Positions 59,896 through 64,000 of a DNA stretch of 64,000 nt are shown here, in pieces (the first letter of the stretch is position 1; every line of letters starts with the position of its first letter). Both the position numbers and the translations under genes were made by a program. The DNA is from Haliotis rufescens (taxonomy: Eukaryota), in NCBI RefSeq assembly GCF_023055435.1, contig NW_025964223.1:28830001-28894000 (forward strand). The letters are read 5' to 3'. Below the pieces are notes generated by a model that saw nothing but the letters and a program-made list of their open reading frames with translations, had not been told where the DNA came from and did no database searches.

Positions 59896-60937
59896 CCTAC
59901 AACCACCTCACTATATCTACAACCACCTTACTATATATACAACCACCTCACTATATCTACAACCACCTTACTATATCTACAACCACCTCACTATATCTAC
60001 AACCACCTCACTATAATTACAACCACCTCACTTATATCTACAACCACCTCACTTATATCTACAACCACCTCACTATATCTACAACCACCTTACTATATCT
60101 ACAACCACCTCACTTATATCTACAACCACCTCTCTATATCTACAACCCCCTTACTATATCTACAACCACCTCACTTATATCTACAACCACCTCACTATAT
60201 CTACAACCACCTCACTATAATTACAACCACCTCACTTATATCTACAACCACCTCACTTATATCTACAACCACCTCACTATATCTACAACCACCTTACTAT
60301 ATCTACAACCACCTCACTTATATCTACAACCACCTCTCTATATCTACAACCCCCTTACTATATCTACAACCACCTCACTTATATCTACAACCACCTCACT
60401 ATATCTACAACCACCTTACTATATCTACAACCACCTCACTATATATACAACCACCTCACTATATCTACAACCACCTCACTATATCTACAACCACCTCACT
60501 ATTATTACAACCACCTCACTTATATCTACAACCACCTCACTTATATCTACAACCACCTCACTATATCTACAACCACCTCACTATAATTACAACCACCTCA
60601 CTTATACCTACAACCACCTCACTTATATCTACAACCACCTCACTTATACCTACAACCACCTCACTGATATCTACAACCACCTCACTTATATCTACAACCA
60701 CCTCACTATATCTACAACCACCTCACTATAAATACAACCACCTCACTTATATCTACAACCACCTCACTATATCTACAACCACCTCACTATATCTACAACC
60801 ACCTCACTTATATCTACAACCACCTCACTATATCTACAACCACCTCACTTATATCTACAACCACCTCACTATATCTACAACCACCTCACTATATCTACCA
60901 CCACCTCACTATATCTACCACCACCTCACTATATCTA
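59896..60937. repeat. 20/21-bp minisatellite (TACAACCACCTCACT[T]ATATC), about 50 copies
   Basis: Directly visible; accounts for the 435-aa ORF. Confidence 0.97.
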
Positions 60938-61129
60938 GTCAACCCTCGTGTATCCGAACTCATACTCCAAGTTTGTGTCCAAGGTCCAAGAGCGTAAGTT
61001 GTGCCCTCGGATGGTTCAGGGTGGACGCCGGAAGACAACACTCAGGTGTGAGGTTTAAGACGACAGCTGCCATGTGTATTGTTAATGGGCTGAAAGGCGG
61101 GGTTCGTAGCCTGGAGTCCACTCAATGAC

Positions 61130-64000
61130 TAGGATTAGGGTTTTTTGGTGTGTTTTTTTATTTGGGCGCTGTGCAGGGCTGATACTATAACCTTTTGGAA
61201 TTTGGTGTTGTGTTTAGTTTTAAATCATTAAGGTTGTGTGTGTTTACGTAGTTTAGTATGCGTTGGGAAATGAAGGTTTTTGCGAAGCAGCGTTTGCAGT
61301 GATGTGCGCGGTATGCCTTTTTGTGTGCATGTGATTATTATCTTTAGTGCTTGATATTAGATTGAGATTAGTTTATCGCTTAATGATGAGTTTAGGGTGT
61401 TGTATAATGATAGTAGGGTCTCCTTGGAGGCCCCCCAGTTGAAACCTTGTCAGGCAGCGTGGTTTGTTTAGGTCTTTACTGCATCTATTTTTTAGATATT
61501 TAATGTGAGCACCACAGGTTAGATTTTCATCAAAGATTAGTCCAGATATTTGGTCTGTTTGGGGAATTGTATGGGATTATTGTTAAGTTGTAGTTTGGGA
61601 GTGTTTGCACGCATATTTTTGTGTTTGAATACTGTCCCTGTAGTTTTTTCGGTATTCAGTGAGAAGCCCATTTATTTGCCCATATTTGAAGTTTGTTTAA
61701 TTGTTTAATGCCTTCTGCAATAATTTTTAGCCATATTTATGCTTCTGGTGCGGATCCAGAGGGCTCCGTCATCCGCGTATTTAGAAGTTATTTGATATTC
61801 CCTCAAATAGGTCATTAATCATACGGGGGCACGGGTGGCCCAGTCGTCTAAGGCGCCGCGATTCGCTGTGCAGAGTTGCGTCCCTTGGGCACGCCAGAAA
61901 CCTATGATTGTGGGTTCGAGTCCCGGTTCGCCCCGATTATGTTTCTAGGTTTGTCAGCACCACACCCGTGCCCGTGGGTTTCACCGAAGTGGTAAACGTC
62001 TGAGACCTGCATCACTTCGAGCTTTCCTCCCACATTAAGCTGACACGCCGCGATATAACTGGAATAATGTTAAACCAAACTCACTCACTCACTCATTAAT
62101 CATACTGTTGAAAAGTGTTGGGCTTAGAATGCTGCCTTGGGGTGTGCCATTCTCTAGGGGACACTGAACCGATAACGTTTGCTCGATTCCCACGGTTATT
62201 TTACGATTTGTTAGGAAGTCTTGTATATAGTTTATTATGTGGCCTTGACTTTTTGAGTTTTTGTATTAGCCCGTTATGCCATACCATATCCAAAGCTTTA
62301 GAGAAATCTAGGAATATGCCTACTGTCGGTCCAACTGCCCTGTGTTAATGTCTGGCTCTAAGCTGGCGATGTTGTCTAAAGTTGAGCGGCCTGGGACGAA
62401 TCAGCTATTGTCCTGTTTTATTATAATGTTTTGGTCTAGGTAGTGTTGGAGCCTATTTTTGACAACTTATCCATTATGTTACATAACTTTGAGATTAGGG
62501 AGATTGGTCTGTATGAATTTGCCTCGTCTGCCGGTTTGTTCGGCTTTGGTATTTGGATGACCAATGCCTCTTTCCTTGAAGTAGGAACCTGACTGTCTTG
62601 GTAGATGAGATTGTATAGTCTTAGAAGTGATTCCCGTAGAATTTTGGGTAGCTGTTTAACTATTCGGTATGAGGTTACGTCTAGTCTGGGGCTGTTCTTT
62701 TTTCCGATTGTTTAATACATGGAGTTGTTCCTCTATTGCATATGGCTGGTTTATTTCTAGGTTATCGTCTTTGGGTAATTTGGAGAATTTATTTTCATTT
62801 ATTAATTGTTTTTGGAATTTCTCAGTGAAGTTACTATTGCTACTAATGGCTGAGAAATTGTTTGCTAGGTTAGTTGCTTTTTGTTTAGGGTTTGTTGAGT
62901 TATTTATTTTTGGTGTTTTTTTGGTTCTTTTAATGCCTCGTATTACGTGTATTTTGCGTCATTCTGTTCTTCCGTGTGTTTCATAGTTTATTTCTTCGCA
63001 GAATTTTTCCTCCAGTTTTTGGCTTTTGCTGTTTTCACGAGATTTTGTACTTGGTGATTTTGTTGATGTGCTATCTTTAGATATGCGTGGTCTCGTTTAG
63101 CTTTGTTAAATGCGCTTTTGCGTTTTTTCTAGTCTTTTTTATTTCCTCGGTCCACCAAGGTACCCGGATTTTGCCTATTTTTTTGTGTTCTGAAGGGGAT
63201 AGTCTTTTTTCTATGCATTCTGTTTTGGCAGTATTTGTCGGGGTCTTTATTTTCGAGGTCCGTTTGGTAAACCTGTTTACATAATGCTTTCTATTTGTCC
63301 CAGTTTTCCTTGTTGTTAGGAAGTTTGGTTCTTGGTGTTCCTTTTAGATTTGGATATTTATGTTTCCTATCGTTATGTGTATTGGAAAGTGGTCGCTGTC
63401 AAGCGACTACTCACGCACTTCCCACAAAGTGCTTTTGGCGAGATCAGGGGTACAGATTGTCAGGTCTATAGCCAACATATTTTGATCATATCTAGTTGGT
63501 TGGTTGTTATTTAGTAGTATTAGTTTTTTTTTGTTCGATCCAGTTGGCCATGAGTTTCCCGATTTGGTCTGTTTTATCTTTAACACCCCGCGAGGGGTGG
63601 TGGGCGTTGAAGTCCCCAAATAAGATGGTGGATTTTTGGCCTATTTGATTCAGGACTTTTATGTCTTTGGGTTTAATTTGTTTCAATATCCAGTGGTATA
63701 TGTTTACAACGTTTTTGTTTTTTATTGTGATTAGTTATTTGTATACCATTAGCTTCTAGATTTGGTGTTCTTATTAGTATTTCCTTATAGTTTATGTCCT
63801 CTCTGACATATATGACAGGCCACCGCCTGCTCTACCTGGGTGAGATTTGACTCTGTCGAGTCTTACCGAGTTATAATTAGGAAGGGTTCATTTGTATTTT
63901 AGGGGTCTCCTGAACGCATCTGACATGAGGACCTGGTTTTTTCCTAAATTTGGAGTTTAGTTCGTGGACGTGGGGGGCCAGTCCGTTGGCATTCCACTGT
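61130..64000 (-). mobile_element. Decayed non-LTR retrotransposon (Jockey/I-group-like) ORF2, APE endonuclease plus RT; continues past the window end
   Basis: Minus-strand motifs QWNANG, CVQET, GDFNAH, IDLTIC, SDHF (APE); YRPISL, FLDFSKALD, GTPQGSILSP, YADD (RT). Confidence 0.9.
61825..62092 (+). mobile_element. tRNA-derived SINE family B inserted in the LINE RT, 13-bp TSD TCATTAATCATAC
   Basis: A box TGGCCCAGTCG at 61836, B box GGTTCGAGTCC at 61913, (ACTC)n tail; TSD at 61812-61824 and 62093-62105. Confidence 0.93.

Noticed and set aside
59821-61128. 435-aa Thr/Tyr/Pro-rich ORF resembling a mucin or shell protein
   Set aside because: Produced by 20/21-bp units cycling through all three frames; no signal peptide or splice support.
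61825-61935. tRNA gene
   Set aside because: A/B boxes are present but there is no proper cloverleaf; it is the head of a TSD-flanked SINE with a second copy at 29505-29788.

Overview
This is AT-rich animal genomic DNA, probably a mollusc; the SINE sequences resemble abalone (Haliotis) repeats from recall, not from a search. One host gene dominates: ARMC2 (armadillo repeat-containing 2) on the + strand, with 19 GT-AG coding exons from 3256 to 41460 that splice in phase into 2583 nt (860 aa plus stop). Its introns hold four same-strand DIRS1-type tyrosine-recombinase retrotransposons arranged as two head-to-tail pairs. One is near-intact, with ITRs, right extension, ICR and gag, RT-RNaseH-MT and YR ORFs. 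The introns also hold non-autonomous hAT-like elements (two with 6-bp TSDs, one with an 8-bp TSD), pogo/Tc1-like MITEs, a Helentron-type element with 159-bp repeats, two SINE families and several minisatellites. Downstream of the gene are a decayed Gmr1-type Gypsy element, a decayed FLYWCH-MULE transposase, LINE fragments and a minus-strand LINE running off the window end. The most unusual signals are three: a ~1.1-kb non-coding cassette shared in opposite orientation by two hAT elements with unrelated ends; a SINE whose head lacks Pol III boxes and instead predicts a pseudoknotted, ribozyme-like fold; and DIRS elements inserted at the ends of other DIRS elements. All alignments were done by eye.
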